Source: an uncultured Chitinophagaceae bacterium
GTDB lineage: Bacteria; Bacteroidota; Bacteroidia; Chitinophagales; Chitinophagaceae
NCBI GenBank assembly: GCA_963705285.1
Contig: OY970066.1
Span: 2,168,094 to 2,232,093 of the forward strand
Length of the DNA: 64,000 bases
Direction: 5' to 3'
The notes beneath the pieces were generated by a model, which did not search any database, was not told the DNA's origin, and saw only the letters and a list, made by a program, of their open reading frames with translations. Of the stretch, positions 9,969-20,647 are shown in pieces. The position numbers and the translations under genes are program-made. The first letter of the stretch is position 1; the number at the start of each line of letters is the position of its first letter.

Positions 9969-12050
9969 ATGAGATACGTAATTAAACTAACCTTCTTACT
10001 CTTCTTTTTTTTACAAGTCCGCGGGCAAAGTGCACAGCGTTTTTTCCCCCAGGCAGAATTAATTACTACCGGTATTTATTATTACCCCGAATACTGGAGC
10101 GAAACCCAATGGGAAAGAGATATCAAAAAAATTGCTGAGATGGGGTTTGAGTTTGTGCATATTGCCGAGTTTGCCTGGTTTAAAATGGAACCCGTAGAAG
10201 GGAAGTATGAATTTTCGTGGCTTGACAGGGTGGTAGCACTTTGCGAAAAATATCATTTAAAAGTGGTCATGTGTACGCCTTCTGCCACTACACCAGTTTG
10301 GATGCGTGTCAATTATCCTGAAACATTTATTATTTATGGCAATTACATCAGAGCAGAGAATGGTACCAGGGGATTGGGATCTATCGTAAACAGCAAATAC
10401 AGCAATTTTGTAAAAAATATTGTGGCAGCAATGGCAAAACGTTATGGACAAAACAAAACGATAACGGGATGGCAGCTGGATAATGAACCACAAGCTATTG
10501 CGGATTACAGCCCTTCATCACAGGTGGCCTTTCGGGAGTGGTTGAAAAAGAAATATACCACCATTGATGCTTTGAATACTGCCTGGGGCGCAGCATTTTG
10601 GAGCCAATGGTTTAATAATTTTGAACAGGTTATTATTCCCAACACTACTTTGGTAAACTGGTGGGGCAATAATCCCCATGCCCTGCTTGATTTTAAACGT
10701 TATTGTGCCGATGCACAAGCGGCCTTCCTCGACCTGCAGGCAACCATTTTAAGAAACAATATTTTACCCACCCAGTACATTACCACCAATTACACCGCTG
10801 TGTGTACAGGCTCGGACGCCCGGGGTACAAAAAAATTAGACCTTGCTACTTATACGGCTTATCCCAATGGCGGCCGCAGCAATTTGGGAGAGCAGGGCTT
10901 TCGGTTGGGTGACCATAAAGCTGTTTTGTTTGCAAGCGAATTTTATAAGTCAACAGGAGGGGTTACAGGCATTATGGAAATGCAGATAGGTCCTGTTGGT
11001 TGGGGCACCTACAATTCGCAGCTAATGCCCGGCACACTGCGGATGTGGCTGTATCACAACTTTGCCGCAGGTGCCCGGTTAGCCTGTTCTTATCGTTTTC
11101 GGCAGCCCTTATCCGGGGCCGAACAAAATGAGGTGTCTATCATTAAAACAGATGGTGTTACGCCTTCGCAGGGCGGCGAAGAGTATGTTCAGTTTAACAG
11201 GGAAATGCAGGAACTTAGAAAGCACTATCAACCCAATGCAAAAATGCCGGAAAAGCTTTTTGCAAAATCAACCGCCCTGCTTTGGAACCTGGAAAATTTT
11301 TGGAGCATCGACCGGCAGAAGATTACCCAGCAATGGGATACCTGGAATTATCCGGTAAAATTTTTAGAAATAGCAAAATCATTGGGTGCACCTGCAACAG
11401 TAATTGGCGAGACTGACAATTTTTCAGCCTATAAATTTCTGATAGTTCCAGCTTATGACCTCGTTGATTCGGCATTGGTAAAAAAATGGGAAAGCTATGT
11501 AGCCAACGGCGGCCATTTAATTATTACCTGTCGCACTGCTACTAAAAATCGCGACGGACATTATTGGGAAGCCGCCATTGCTGCCCCTATATCAAAATTG
11601 ATTGGTGCTACCGTTAGCGTAAGCGATAAACTCTCGGCCACCAGCAACGGCGACATTGTGATGAAATCTACCCATTACCGCTGGAATAACTGGGGCGATC
11701 TCTTGATACCTGGCAAAAACACCGAAGTGCTGGCTACTTACGATAATCAATTTTACAAGGGTGCCGCAGCCGTAGTAAGAAATAAAATTGGCCGTGGAAC
11801 CGTAACCTACATTGGCGCAGACACCGATGATGGACAATTAGAGAAAGACATTATCCGCGAGATGTATACCAGTGCAGGCGCGGTTACGGATGATCTTCCG
11901 CCGGGGGTTTTTGTGTATTGGCGCGATGGCTATTATGTGGCCGTAAATTATTCTTCCAATGACTACACCATAAATATTCCGGGCACAGCAACCATACTGG
12001 TAGGTGAAAAAACGCTAAAGCCCGCTGGCGTGTGTGTTTGGAGCGAATAA
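9969..12050 (+). CDS. beta-galactosidase, glycoside hydrolase family 42
   Basis: 693 aa. Has the GH42 N-terminal signature (YYPEYWSETQWERDIKKIAEMGFEFVHIAEFAWFKMEP) and the catalytic WQLDNEP. Confidence 0.85.
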   Translation: MRYVIKLTFLLFFFLQVRGQSAQRFFPQAELITTGIYYYPEYWSETQWERDIKKIAEMGFEFVHIAEFAWFKMEPVEGKYEFSWLDRVVALCEKYHLKVVMCTPSATTPVWMRVNYPETFIIYGNYIRAENGTRGLGSIVNSKYSNFVKNIVAAMAKRYGQNKTITGWQLDNEPQAIADYSPSSQVAFREWLKKKYTTIDALNTAWGAAFWSQWFNNFEQVIIPNTTLVNWWGNNPHALLDFKRYCADAQAAFLDLQATILRNNILPTQYITTNYTAVCTGSDARGTKKLDLATYTAYPNGGRSNLGEQGFRLGDHKAVLFASEFYKSTGGVTGIMEMQIGPVGWGTYNSQLMPGTLRMWLYHNFAAGARLACSYRFRQPLSGAEQNEVSIIKTDGVTPSQGGEEYVQFNREMQELRKHYQPNAKMPEKLFAKSTALLWNLENFWSIDRQKITQQWDTWNYPVKFLEIAKSLGAPATVIGETDNFSAYKFLIVPAYDLVDSALVKKWESYVANGGHLIITCRTATKNRDGHYWEAAIAAPISKLIGATVSVSDKLSATSNGDIVMKSTHYRWNNWGDLLIPGKNTEVLATYDNQFYKGAAAVVRNKIGRGTVTYIGADTDDGQLEKDIIREMYTSAGAVTDDLPPGVFVYWRDGYYVAVNYSSNDYTINIPGTATILVGEKTLKPAGVCVWSE

Positions 12051-12249
12051 TATTATCTTTAAAAAGAATAACGTTAAGCATATATACCTGTTCTAGTTAA
12101 GATGGAGGAGCAATGAAGAACAGCGAGTTTTTAATAACTGGGTAATGCGAGGAAATAAATTATAAACTATCTGTTATTTCGCTAAAAGCTATTTGGGATA
12201 CGTAAGCCGAGTCAATAATGATTACAATCCAATAGATAACTTTAACTGT

Positions 12250-14331
12250 ATGATCAAAATCTTTTTGTGTGGCATCTTTTTTTGTCTCTGTATTATGGGT
12301 AGCAGTCATGCACAACCGAAAATTCCTGCCTCTTATGGCCCGGTACCAACCCCCAATCAAACGAGATGGCAGCAAATGGAGTTGTATGCCTTTGTGCATT
12401 ACTCATTGAATACGTATACTGATCAATCGTGGGGGTATGGCAATGAAGATGTTCAGCTCTTCAATCCTGACAGTTTAGATTGCCGGCAGTGGGCGCGTAT
12501 TTGCAAACAGGCAGGCATGAAGGGGATTATCATTACCGCAAAACATCATTGCGGTTTTTGTCTCTGGCCGTCAAAATATACGGAGTACTCTGTAAAAAAC
12601 GCACCCTGGAAAAATGGTAAAGGCGATGTGGTACGTGAAATGGCCGATGCCTGTAAAGAATATGGTTTGCAACTAGGCATCTATTTATCACCCTGGGATA
12701 GAAATCACCCTGACTACGGCAAACCGGAATACATTACCTATTTCAGAAACCAACTAACCGAGCTGCTCACTAACTACGGGCCTATTTTCGAAATATGGTT
12801 TGATGGTGCCAATGGCGGTACTGGTTATTACGGCGGTGCCAACGAGAATCGCAAAATAGACCGCACTGTATATTATGATTGGGCGAATACCTATAAATTA
12901 ATCAGGAAGCTGCAACCGAATATAGTGATATGGAACGATGGTGGCGACCGGGGTGATCTTCGCTGGGTGGGAACCGAATCCGGTTATGTGGGCGAAACCA
13001 ACTGGAGCCTGCTGAATAAAACGGGCGATGTGCCTTACGAAATGCTGCACCATGGTGTAGAAGAAGGTAATGCCTGGGTGCCTGCCGAGGTAAACACTTC
13101 CATCAGGCCGGAATGGTTTTATCATCCGGGTGAAAATGAAAGAGTAAAAACGGTACCCCAGCTAATGGAAACGTATTATCATTCCATTGGCCGAAACGGT
13201 TCATTGCTGCTCAATTTCCCCATAGATACAAAGGGGCTGATTCATAAAAATGATGAAATTGCCGCGCTTGCTTTTGCGGAGGCAGTAAAAAAGGCATTTG
13301 TCGTTAACCTGGCTTTACATAAGAAAGCGGTGGCATCTAACGTAAGAGGTAATGCAAAACAGTTTTCGGCCGCCATGGCAACGGATGGCAACAACAATAC
13401 TTACTGGGCTGCTGATGATACGGTGCAAAAGGCTTCTATTACCATTGATCTTGGCAAGCCAACCACTTTCAACCGCTTGCTGGTGCAGGAATATGTTCAA
13501 CTGGGCCAGCGTGTAAAAGCATTTTCGGTGTACGCCCTGGTAAATGGCAACTGGAAGGAAGTAGCTACAGCCACCACCATTGGCTACAAACGCATACTGG
13601 TGTTTCCTTCGGTGACAGCCACCAGCGTGCGGGTTACTATCAGCGATGCAAAAAGTTGTCCTTTAATCTCCAATATTGGTCTTTACAATGCCCCACAAAT
13701 TTTAACGGCGCCTGTAGTCATCCGCAACCAGAAAGGCGAAATAAATATTATACCTGCTGATAAAGAATCCACCGTGTACTATACCATGGATGGCAGTGTG
13801 CCCAGTTCCAAATCTGCAAAATATACTGAACCCATCGCCACCGAAGGCAGGGTGCAAATAAACGCTATAGCATATGAGCAGGTGTCCGGCAAAAGCAGCC
13901 CTGTTACACACGAAGCCTTTGATATTTCAAAAAAGGATTGGACCATCATTGGCATAGCCGATGCAAAAGCAAGTGCTGTGTTAGATGGTAATCCGTCTAC
14001 TGCGTGGCACCAGGGTAAAAACCAACCACTACCGGTTGATTTAATCATTGACCTGGACAAAGCAGAAACGCTCACCGGTTTTAAATACCTGCCCGACCAG
14101 AATATCTGGAACCCGGCCATCATTGCCAGCTACGAGTTTTATATCTCTGATGACAATGCCACCTGGAAGCTTGCCGCTGCAGGTGAATTTGCCAACATAA
14201 AGAACAATCCGCTTTGGCAGGTAAAAACCTTTGCACCGGCCAAAGCGCGCTACATTAAATTACGTTCTTTACGAAATATTGACGCCAGCGTAGAAACGGG
14301 TTATGCAGAGGTAGATGTGGTTACGCAATAG
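12250..14331 (+). CDS. alpha-L-fucosidase (GH29) with two C-terminal F5/8 type C (discoidin/CBM32-like) domains
   Basis: The track ORF starts at 12193. The ATG at 12250 gives a signal peptide (MIKIFLCGIFFCLCIMGSSHAQ). GH29 core: WQQMELYAFVHYSLNTY..., TAKHHCGFCLWPSKYT. The C-terminal halves resemble discoidin domains (ATDGNNNTYW..., LDGNPSTAWH...). Confidence 0.85.
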   Translation: MIKIFLCGIFFCLCIMGSSHAQPKIPASYGPVPTPNQTRWQQMELYAFVHYSLNTYTDQSWGYGNEDVQLFNPDSLDCRQWARICKQAGMKGIIITAKHHCGFCLWPSKYTEYSVKNAPWKNGKGDVVREMADACKEYGLQLGIYLSPWDRNHPDYGKPEYITYFRNQLTELLTNYGPIFEIWFDGANGGTGYYGGANENRKIDRTVYYDWANTYKLIRKLQPNIVIWNDGGDRGDLRWVGTESGYVGETNWSLLNKTGDVPYEMLHHGVEEGNAWVPAEVNTSIRPEWFYHPGENERVKTVPQLMETYYHSIGRNGSLLLNFPIDTKGLIHKNDEIAALAFAEAVKKAFVVNLALHKKAVASNVRGNAKQFSAAMATDGNNNTYWAADDTVQKASITIDLGKPTTFNRLLVQEYVQLGQRVKAFSVYALVNGNWKEVATATTIGYKRILVFPSVTATSVRVTISDAKSCPLISNIGLYNAPQILTAPVVIRNQKGEINIIPADKESTVYYTMDGSVPSSKSAKYTEPIATEGRVQINAIAYEQVSGKSSPVTHEAFDISKKDWTIIGIADAKASAVLDGNPSTAWHQGKNQPLPVDLIIDLDKAETLTGFKYLPDQNIWNPAIIASYEFYISDDNATWKLAAAGEFANIKNNPLWQVKTFAPAKARYIKLRSLRNIDASVETGYAEVDVVTQ

Positions 14332-14403
14332 TTTTGTTGGGTGGAATTTTAAAGAGAATAATTATGTGGGCGGTAAAGAACCACGCATTTGACTATGCCT
14401 CTT

Positions 14404-14474
14404 CTGCCACACCTGCATTCGAACCAAGACAAGCAGAACGAGAATCTGCGGTACTACCGTTATACTATTGGGTA
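14404..14474 (-). pseudogene. decayed tRNA-Gln copy (non-functional)
   Basis: Nt 14417-14468 match the body of the tRNA-Gln(CUG) gene at 36706-36779 with one mismatch, which turns the anticodon CTG into CTC. The 3' acceptor strand is not complementary to the 5' strand, and one T-stem pair is broken. Confidence 0.65.
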
Positions 14475-14696
14475 TGGGTCAAGTCAATAATTTAAAATCA
14501 ACAGCTTAAAAATAATCCATAACAAAGCTTAGGAAAGCATCTACTACACAAAATGCGTCATTTGCAGTTCTTAAGAAATGCTTTGAATCTCTCACGGTAA
14601 AGCCAATAAGATGCCTGCCATTATTGAAATATAAAAAAAGCTGGAACGCAGTAACATTCCGCCTGCTTCAGTCGTCCTACCACTCAAATACACCTC

Positions 14697-17135
14697 ATGC
14701 TCCGCAACTATCTCAAAATTGCCCTGCGCAATCTTTGGAAAAGCAAGGCTTTTTCTGCTATTAATATCGTGGGTTTATCTGCCGGACTTGCCGTTTGCCT
14801 TATGATTGTTTTGTACGTAAAGGATGAATTGAGCTATGATAACTTTAACCCCAACGCCGCAAATATTTACCGCGTAGATGCGGATATTTATTTCAATGGA
14901 ACACAATTTAATTCAGTACAGATTCCATCGCCCATGGCGCCTGCCCTGAAAAAAGATTTTCCCGCGGTAGTTGAAATAGTTAGGTTTAGAAATTATGGTG
15001 ATATAAGGGTGCGGAAAGACAATCAGAATATTCTTGATCATCATTCGGTGTATGCGGATTCCACTTTCTTTAAGGTGTTTCCATTTCCCGTGGTGGCCGG
15101 TGACCCGCTTACGGCACTGAATGAGCCCAATTCCATTGTAATTGACGAAACAACCGCCAGGAAATATTTCCAGGAGAAACCATTTGATGTGGTGGGCAAA
15201 ACGATGTTCATTAATAATTCCACCAATTGTAAGGTTACCGCCGTTATTAAAGACATGCCGGCGCAGTCTCATTTTCACTGGAGTTTTATCAGGCCGTTGC
15301 GCGATACCTGGCACGATGATGAAAACGATTGGCTAAGCAATAATTATGCTTCTTACATATTGGTAAGACCCGGCACCACGCAGGCCGCTTTGCAGCGCGC
15401 GGTTGATGCAACCGTTGATAATTACCTGCTGAAACAATTGTACCAGGTATTGCACGCCAGTCCTGCGGATATGAAAAAAGGCGGCAATCATTTTTTATAC
15501 CATACCATGCCGCTGACGGATATTCACCTGCACTCCAACAAAACGCAGGAGTTTGAGGCGAACGGAGAAATCAGCTATGTGTATATTTTCTCCATTATTG
15601 CAATACTGATTTTACTGATTGCCTGTGTAAATTTCATGAACCTATCTACGGCACGTTCTGCCAACCGCGCTAAAGAAGTAGGCATCAGAAAAGTGGCTGG
15701 TTCATTGCGCTCGCATCTTATTATACAGTTTTTAACGGAATCAGTGCTGGTGAGTTTTTTTTCTTTACTGCTTGCGCTGGCCATTGCGGCGCTGTTGCTG
15801 CCTTTATTCAATCAATTGGCAGGTAAAGAAATGAGATTTTTAACCCTATTGTCTTCCTGGATGTTGCCGGTACTCATTCTACTCATTCTTATTGTTGGTT
15901 GCGTGGCAGGTAGTTATCCGGCGTTTTATCTTTCTTCTTTTCAACCGGTGCAGGTGTTGAAAGGGCATATTGCAAAGGGATTTAAAAACAGCTGGCTGAG
16001 AAGCGGGTTGGTGATCTTTCAATTTTTTATTTCTATTATATTGATCATTGGCACCATTGTAATCTATAACCAGCTGAATCATATCCGAAGCAGGCAGCTG
16101 GGGTACAACCGCAGCCAGGTACTCATCATTAAAGGAACAGGCGCACTTGATAAAGGCATCAAAACATTCAGGCAGGATATGCTGAAAATAAGCGGTGTGC
16201 AGATGGCTTCCATTGCCGGTTCATTACCCACAGAGTCTGGCTTTGATGAAAATGGATGGTTTAAGGAGGCAACGCTGGATGCCAAAGAGGTGACCATCAT
16301 GACGGGTTTTTATGCTGATCAAAATTATATCCCTACCATGGGGATGCAAATGGCAGCCGGTCGCAATTTTTCTTTGGATTTCCCTACAGATTCTACCGCC
16401 ATCATTATTAATGAAACGGCTGCCGGGCTGCTTGGTTTTAAAAATCCCCTCAACGAAAAACTGTATCGTCCGTATGGCAATGGCCCCGATGGAAAATTGC
16501 TGGCCAGGCCCTATCATATTGTTGGTGTGGTGAAAGATTTCAATTTTAGCACCATGCACAATAAAGTGGGGCCGCTTATAATGGAGCTCAATGAAAACTG
16601 GGGCAAAATTGTGTTGCGCATCAATACAAAAAATATTCCTGCATTGATCAGCCAGGTAGAAAACAAATGGCGAAGCATGGTGCCCTCCCAACCGTTTAGC
16701 TATTCATTTATGGATGCTGATTTCAACCAGCTGTACAATGCAGACCAGCGGACGGGCAAACTATTTATAAGTTTTGCATTGTTTGCCATTTTTATAGCAT
16801 GCCTGGGTTTGTTTGGTTTAGTAACGTATGCAGCAGAGCAGCGGGTAAAAGAAATTGGGGTAAGAAAAGTGCTGGGCGCCAGCATAGGGGGCATTGTTGT
16901 AATGTTGTCTAAAGATTTTGTGAAGCTGGTGCTGATAGCGTCTCTCATTGCATTTCCCGTGGCCTGGTTTATGATGAATAAATGGTTGCAGGGTTTTGCT
17001 TACCGGGTAAACATTGGTTGGTGGGTATTTGTGCTGGCGGGCCTGATAGCATTGGTTATTGCGATGGTAACGGTAAGCCTGCAGGCTGTTAAAGCTGCCT
17101 TGGCCAACCCGGTAAAGAGTTTGAGAACGGAGTAG
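14697..17135 (+). CDS. ABC transporter permease, FtsX/MacB-like (two FtsX domains)
   Basis: 812 aa. N-terminal MLRNYLKIALRNLWKSK signature and two four-helix FtsX modules, each preceded by NFMNLSTARSANRAKEVGIRKV / EQRVKEIGVRKVLGAS motifs. Confidence 0.85.
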   Translation: MLRNYLKIALRNLWKSKAFSAINIVGLSAGLAVCLMIVLYVKDELSYDNFNPNAANIYRVDADIYFNGTQFNSVQIPSPMAPALKKDFPAVVEIVRFRNYGDIRVRKDNQNILDHHSVYADSTFFKVFPFPVVAGDPLTALNEPNSIVIDETTARKYFQEKPFDVVGKTMFINNSTNCKVTAVIKDMPAQSHFHWSFIRPLRDTWHDDENDWLSNNYASYILVRPGTTQAALQRAVDATVDNYLLKQLYQVLHASPADMKKGGNHFLYHTMPLTDIHLHSNKTQEFEANGEISYVYIFSIIAILILLIACVNFMNLSTARSANRAKEVGIRKVAGSLRSHLIIQFLTESVLVSFFSLLLALAIAALLLPLFNQLAGKEMRFLTLLSSWMLPVLILLILIVGCVAGSYPAFYLSSFQPVQVLKGHIAKGFKNSWLRSGLVIFQFFISIILIIGTIVIYNQLNHIRSRQLGYNRSQVLIIKGTGALDKGIKTFRQDMLKISGVQMASIAGSLPTESGFDENGWFKEATLDAKEVTIMTGFYADQNYIPTMGMQMAAGRNFSLDFPTDSTAIIINETAAGLLGFKNPLNEKLYRPYGNGPDGKLLARPYHIVGVVKDFNFSTMHNKVGPLIMELNENWGKIVLRINTKNIPALISQVENKWRSMVPSQPFSYSFMDADFNQLYNADQRTGKLFISFALFAIFIACLGLFGLVTYAAEQRVKEIGVRKVLGASIGGIVVMLSKDFVKLVLIASLIAFPVAWFMMNKWLQGFAYRVNIGWWVFVLAGLIALVIAMVTVSLQAVKAALANPVKSLRTE

Positions 17136-17208
17136 GGTAACGAAGATTGTAATTGCCGGCGAGTATGATTTAAAGCTGTTAGAAGGTTAATGGATTGATC
17201 CAAACGCA

Positions 17209-19587
17209 TCACTCGGCCCGTAAACTATTTGCAGGATTTGACCTGACTGCTTTCAATGCCTGAAAGCTGATGGTAAGTATTGTGATAGCAATTGCTACAA
17301 CCCCGGCGAAAAGAAATACCAACGGGCTAATCGCAATCCGGTAATCATATTGCTGCAACCAGTGCCTGGTAAAATAAAAAGCAACCGGTGATCCAATAGC
17401 TGCACTTATCAATATAAGTACGATAAAGTCATTGGATAGTAACATCCATAGCTGTGCTGCACTTGCGCCAAGCACTTTCCGGATCCCGATTTCTTTTTTC
17501 CGTTGTTCCGCCATATAAGCAGCAAGACCAAATAAGCCCAGGCATGAAATAAATATGCACAACATGGAGAATATCCAGGCCATCTTGCCCATCAGCACTT
17601 CTGTGGTGAACTTAGCGGCGTATGATTCATCGGTAAATGTATATTGAAAAGGAGATGCCGGATTGTATTTATTAAAAATAGAAGATACCTGTTTCAGCGC
17701 CTTATGGATGTTTGCATTAGCGGCAATGCGATAGATATAATTGGCGGGCACCCTGTTGAAAGAGTGGGTATAGGTATAAATGGTTGGTTTGGGATTGGTA
17801 AAAGGAGAGGTGGCCAGTGCATTCTTCACTACACCTATTATTGTTTGCCTGTTGCCCCAAAAGGCGATCGGTTGATTGATGGACGACTTTAACCGCATTT
17901 GCCTTATAAGCGCTTCGTTCAATATAACGGAGGCACCATTGGCACTATCATTGGGTGAAAAATTATTTCCTTCCACGAACTGCATTCCGAGCGTTTTAAA
18001 ATAGTCGGCATCACTCACCATAACAACGTTTACAATCAATCGCTCGTTTGGTAGTTTATCCTGCCACTGGTCAATTGCTGTTGCTATGTTAAGCTCTGTT
18101 GTTGGTGCGGAAGCCCTGGTAATGCTGCCTACCATACCGCTTTGCAGGAGATCATTTTTTAGTGCCACATAATTGCGGTCAAGATCCGCATTGCCAGCCG
18201 TCACAACAAGGCGGTTGGTATCCAGGCCCGTTGGCCTGTTTTTTGCGAATTGTATTTGCTGGTAGATAATGACTGTACCTGCAATCAACGCTATAGATGA
18301 ACTAAACTGTAAGACTACCAGCATCTTCCTGGATAGTGTCGCTTGTTTTCCTGGTTGAATGGATCCTTTCAGTACGGCGATTGGCTTAAAGGAAGATAGA
18401 TAGAAGGCGGGTTTACTTCCTGCCAGCAAACCGGTAATTAATATATACACCAACATAGTGATCCAAAAGCTGAGGGACGCATAGGGCACATGGATATCAG
18501 TGCGCGTTAAATTATTAAACGCAGGCAATGCTAATTCTACCATTACAATAGCCATTACTCCTGCTATTGTTGTGAGGAGCATTGCTTCCAGTAAAAATTG
18601 AACTACCAGGCTTATTCGTAAAGAGCCCACGGCTTTGCGTATACCCACTTCCTTCGCTCTTTTTTCAGATCTGGCTGTTGAAAGGTTCATGAAATTGATG
18701 CATGCAATTATCAGCACCAGCAATCCGACAATACTAAATATGTTTACATAATCAATCATTCCGCCGGACGGAAGACCATTGGCGAAGACAGAACGAAGGT
18801 GCCAGTCTTTGGCCGGTTGCAGCAAAAGCTCGGTTGCTTCATTGCTTTTGTCGTAGTGCCCCAGGAAGTGGTTCAGCTGCGATTGAACGGATGCTAATGA
18901 AACATTTGGTTTCAAAGTAATGAAGGTGAGGAAGCTGTTTTCCCAGTTTGTGCTGGCGGCCTGCACCCAGGGTTCTGTGGCTTTGTAGTACTCAAAAGGT
19001 ATCAGATAACTGAATGGAAAGCTCGCATTTTCAGGAACGTCCTGGATGACGCCAGTTACTTTGAGGTCGTGCCTGTTATCTACCCGCACCATACGGTTGA
19101 TGGGGTCGGCTGTTCCAAATAATGCTTTGGAGGTAGCGGCGGTAAGAACAATGGAATAAGGATCTTGCAGCGCCGTGCTCGCATTTCCTTTTAGAAAAGG
19201 ATACGGAAAGACGGTAAAGTATTCACTGGTGACCATAGAGCCGGCAAGCGAAATCTTTTTGTCTGCAACGCTCAGCGCATGTGTACCGGTCCAGTCGGTG
19301 GTGACAGTGTTCGCTATGCCCGGTATTTGTTGCTTGATGGTGGCTGCCAGGGGAATCGCAGTAGCCATTGTTTGTTCCGCGACACCATTGAAGTGTGTTC
19401 TGTACCTCACCTGGTAAAGTCGTTCATAATTAGGGAGAAATTGGTCGAAGGAGAATTGGTAGAGGGCCCAGAGCCCAATGAGTAATGCAACTGCCATACC
19501 TGTTGCGAGGCCTGTAATATTGAGCAGAGTAAACGTCTTATTGCGAAACAGGTTTCGCCAGGCGATCTTACAATAGTTTTGAAACAT
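17209..19587 (-). CDS. ABC transporter permease, FtsX/MacB-like (paralogue of 14697..17135)
   Basis: 792 aa. MFQNYCKIAWRNLFRNK..., NFMNLSTARSEKRAKEVGIRKA and EQRKKEIGIRKVLGAS motifs. Convergent with its paralogue. Confidence 0.85.
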   Translation of the reverse strand: MFQNYCKIAWRNLFRNKTFTLLNITGLATGMAVALLIGLWALYQFSFDQFLPNYERLYQVRYRTHFNGVAEQTMATAIPLAATIKQQIPGIANTVTTDWTGTHALSVADKKISLAGSMVTSEYFTVFPYPFLKGNASTALQDPYSIVLTAATSKALFGTADPINRMVRVDNRHDLKVTGVIQDVPENASFPFSYLIPFEYYKATEPWVQAASTNWENSFLTFITLKPNVSLASVQSQLNHFLGHYDKSNEATELLLQPAKDWHLRSVFANGLPSGGMIDYVNIFSIVGLLVLIIACINFMNLSTARSEKRAKEVGIRKAVGSLRISLVVQFLLEAMLLTTIAGVMAIVMVELALPAFNNLTRTDIHVPYASLSFWITMLVYILITGLLAGSKPAFYLSSFKPIAVLKGSIQPGKQATLSRKMLVVLQFSSSIALIAGTVIIYQQIQFAKNRPTGLDTNRLVVTAGNADLDRNYVALKNDLLQSGMVGSITRASAPTTELNIATAIDQWQDKLPNERLIVNVVMVSDADYFKTLGMQFVEGNNFSPNDSANGASVILNEALIRQMRLKSSINQPIAFWGNRQTIIGVVKNALATSPFTNPKPTIYTYTHSFNRVPANYIYRIAANANIHKALKQVSSIFNKYNPASPFQYTFTDESYAAKFTTEVLMGKMAWIFSMLCIFISCLGLFGLAAYMAEQRKKEIGIRKVLGASAAQLWMLLSNDFIVLILISAAIGSPVAFYFTRHWLQQYDYRIAISPLVFLFAGVVAIAITILTISFQALKAVRSNPANSLRAE

Positions 19588-19803
19588 AATCGTATTGCTG
19601 CAGCTTCGGCTGAGTATCCAGTATAGAACAAACGGAATACCAGTGTTCAGAGGCGTTGGAACTCAACAATTTAAATTTTGATACGCTTTGCCATGTCCGC
19701 TTTCAGTACAATTTACTGTTCAAAATGTAACATTTTTGCATTTACGATCCTGATTAAATCCTTTGCTTTCGGGGTTTTATTTACAATGATGGTAGAATCG
19801 TTT

Positions 19804-19936
19804 TTTGACGGTTAATCTTATCGAACCACAAGAGTCAATGAAGCTGTTCGCCTGATATGGGCCATGGGAGTGGGTTTCAGCGAAAATAAAAATGGACAAA
19901 CCGATCAAAAAATCGATTCGTCCACTTTGGTTACCC
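19804..19936 (+). mobile_element. 133-bp relic of a serine-recombinase 3' end plus att core (direct repeat of 36582-36714)
   Basis: My base-by-base alignment gives 127/133 identical positions to 36582-36714. Both copies end in GGTTACCC, which in the right-hand copy is the 3' end of tRNA-Gln(CUG). Confidence 0.75.
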
Positions 19937-19985
19937 CAGCTGGAGCTTTTTCGAATCATTTGGTAGAGGATTTGAAGCGCTTGGC
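19930..19985 (+). repeat. 56-bp att-like direct repeat, copy 1 (core GTTACCCC + flank)
   Basis: 52/56 identical to 21506-21561. Confidence 0.7.
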
Positions 19986-20131
19986 GAATGCAATTGACCC
20001 GACATTACTTGAATAATTGAGAATTGCACCCGTGAAATTGTGTTGAGGAAAAAAGCGTTAACTGGGGTTGGTTAATACTGACTTCGTGTTTGCTGTTTGC
20101 AAATCGCGAACAAAGAACTAACTTTAATAGT

Positions 20132-20647
20132 ATGAAAGCACATAATGGAATGCGTCCGCAGGATATGGTAATCCTGCTGAAAATATTAACCCGTGAAAAA
20201 GAGGATTGGCAATACCGGGACCTGAGTAGCAAATTATTTATCAGTACCGGAGAGATCGCGGAATCATTGAACCGAAGCCAGATAGCCGGCCTGATAGATG
20301 AAAGCCGAAAGCGTGTGCACCGGCAATCGCTTATGGAATTCATTGCTTACGGACTTCAATATGTATTCCCTGTAGTGCCAGGAACAATGGTGACAGGTAT
20401 GCCTACCGCACATTCACATCCTTTTTATATTTCACATTTTAAATCGGAATTCAAATATGCTTGGCCGGATGAAAACGGCATTATAAGAGGTTTAGCCATC
20501 ACACCGTTGCACATTGGCGTTCCGGGTGCCGCGGCACTCGATCAGGTATTATATAAAATGCTGGCTTCCGTCGATGTATTGCGCGTCGGAAGAGTACGTG
20601 AAAAACAACTTGCTATTAAAGAATTGACAAAAATGATTTTGCCATGA
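20132..20647 (+). CDS. winged-helix DNA-binding protein (putative antitoxin/regulator partner of the downstream nucleotidyltransferase)
   Basis: The track ORF starts at 20090; the ATG at 20132 gives MKAHNGMRPQDMVILLKIL... The N-terminal wHTH-like segment is ISTGEIAESLNRSQIAGLI. The stop overlaps the next start (ATGA at 20644-20647). Confidence 0.55.
   Translation: MKAHNGMRPQDMVILLKILTREKEDWQYRDLSSKLFISTGEIAESLNRSQIAGLIDESRKRVHRQSLMEFIAYGLQYVFPVVPGTMVTGMPTAHSHPFYISHFKSEFKYAWPDENGIIRGLAITPLHIGVPGAAALDQVLYKMLASVDVLRVGRVREKQLAIKELTKMILP

Noticed and set aside
14404-14474. Possible functional tRNA-Glu(CUC), suggested by the CTC anticodon.
   Set aside because: The acceptor stem cannot pair (5' strand TACCCAA has no complementary 3' strand) and the T-stem has a G-G clash. 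It is a mutated tRNA-Gln relic.
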